Origin: an uncultured Bacteroidota bacterium | GTDB lineage: Bacteria > Bacteroidota > Bacteroidia > Chitinophagales > Chitinophagaceae | Direction of reading: 5' to 3' | NCBI GenBank assembly: GCA_903858475.1 | Contig: CAIOIZ010000049.1 | Coordinates: forward strand, 1,238 to 65,237 | DNA: 64,000 nucleotides | In this document: in pieces, positions 63,969 through 64,000 of the stretch | How positions within the stretch are numbered: position 1 is the stretch's first letter | Layout: each line of letters starts with the position of its first letter | Made by a program: the position numbers and the translations under genes | Notes under the pieces: generated by a model | What the model was told of the DNA's origin: nothing | The model's input: the letters and a program-made list of their open reading frames with translations, nothing else | Databases searched by the model: none

Positions 63969-64000
63969 TGGCCTTGGTTTACACGGGGGGCTTGGTAATT

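Noticed and set aside
1-64000. rRNA, tRNA, tmRNA, CRISPR arrays, IS elements, integrons and known defence systems
   Set aside because: No cloverleaf or rRNA signatures, no regularly spaced direct repeats, and no transposase, integrase or defence-domain motifs recognised by eye. Divergent elements could be missed without tools.

Overview
A gene-dense, AT-rich chromosomal segment of a Bacteroidota genome, probably Chitinophagaceae-like. The assignment rests on TAnnTTTG promoter elements, a type IX secretion C-terminal domain and lineage-typical families. About 66 CDS. Housekeeping genes: rpoN, polA, uvrB, typA/bipA, pyrH, coaX, lptC, mgsA, meaB. Peptidases: M1, M3 and S46 families. Envelope and cell-wall genes: L,D-transpeptidase, GHL10, GH25, a KdnA-like aminotransferase, and a GT32/GT4/GT25 ... 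O-antigen ligase/GT2 region. Regulatory and redox modules: a MerC-like/SCO/Fur metal module, two ECF sigma modules and several CxxC proteins. I saw no rRNA, tRNA, CRISPR array, transposase, integrase or phage gene. The best leads are: (1) an unannotated 44-codon upstream ORF with an overlapping hairpin in the ~285-nt leader of typA, a candidate leader peptide; (2) a TlpA/DUF6029/Omp28 cluster that may be a thiol-redox relay across the outer membrane; (3) a TGCAA-N5-TTGCA palindrome in the merC-like/SCO divergent promoter, next to a Fur/Zur-family gene; (4) an orphan KdnA-like gene; (5) an ECF sigma whose putative anti-sigma is fused to a beta-barrel; (6) an HExxH protein paired with a 2OG-Fe(II) hydroxylase. 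All family calls come from motif recognition by eye. No database searches or folding programs were run.
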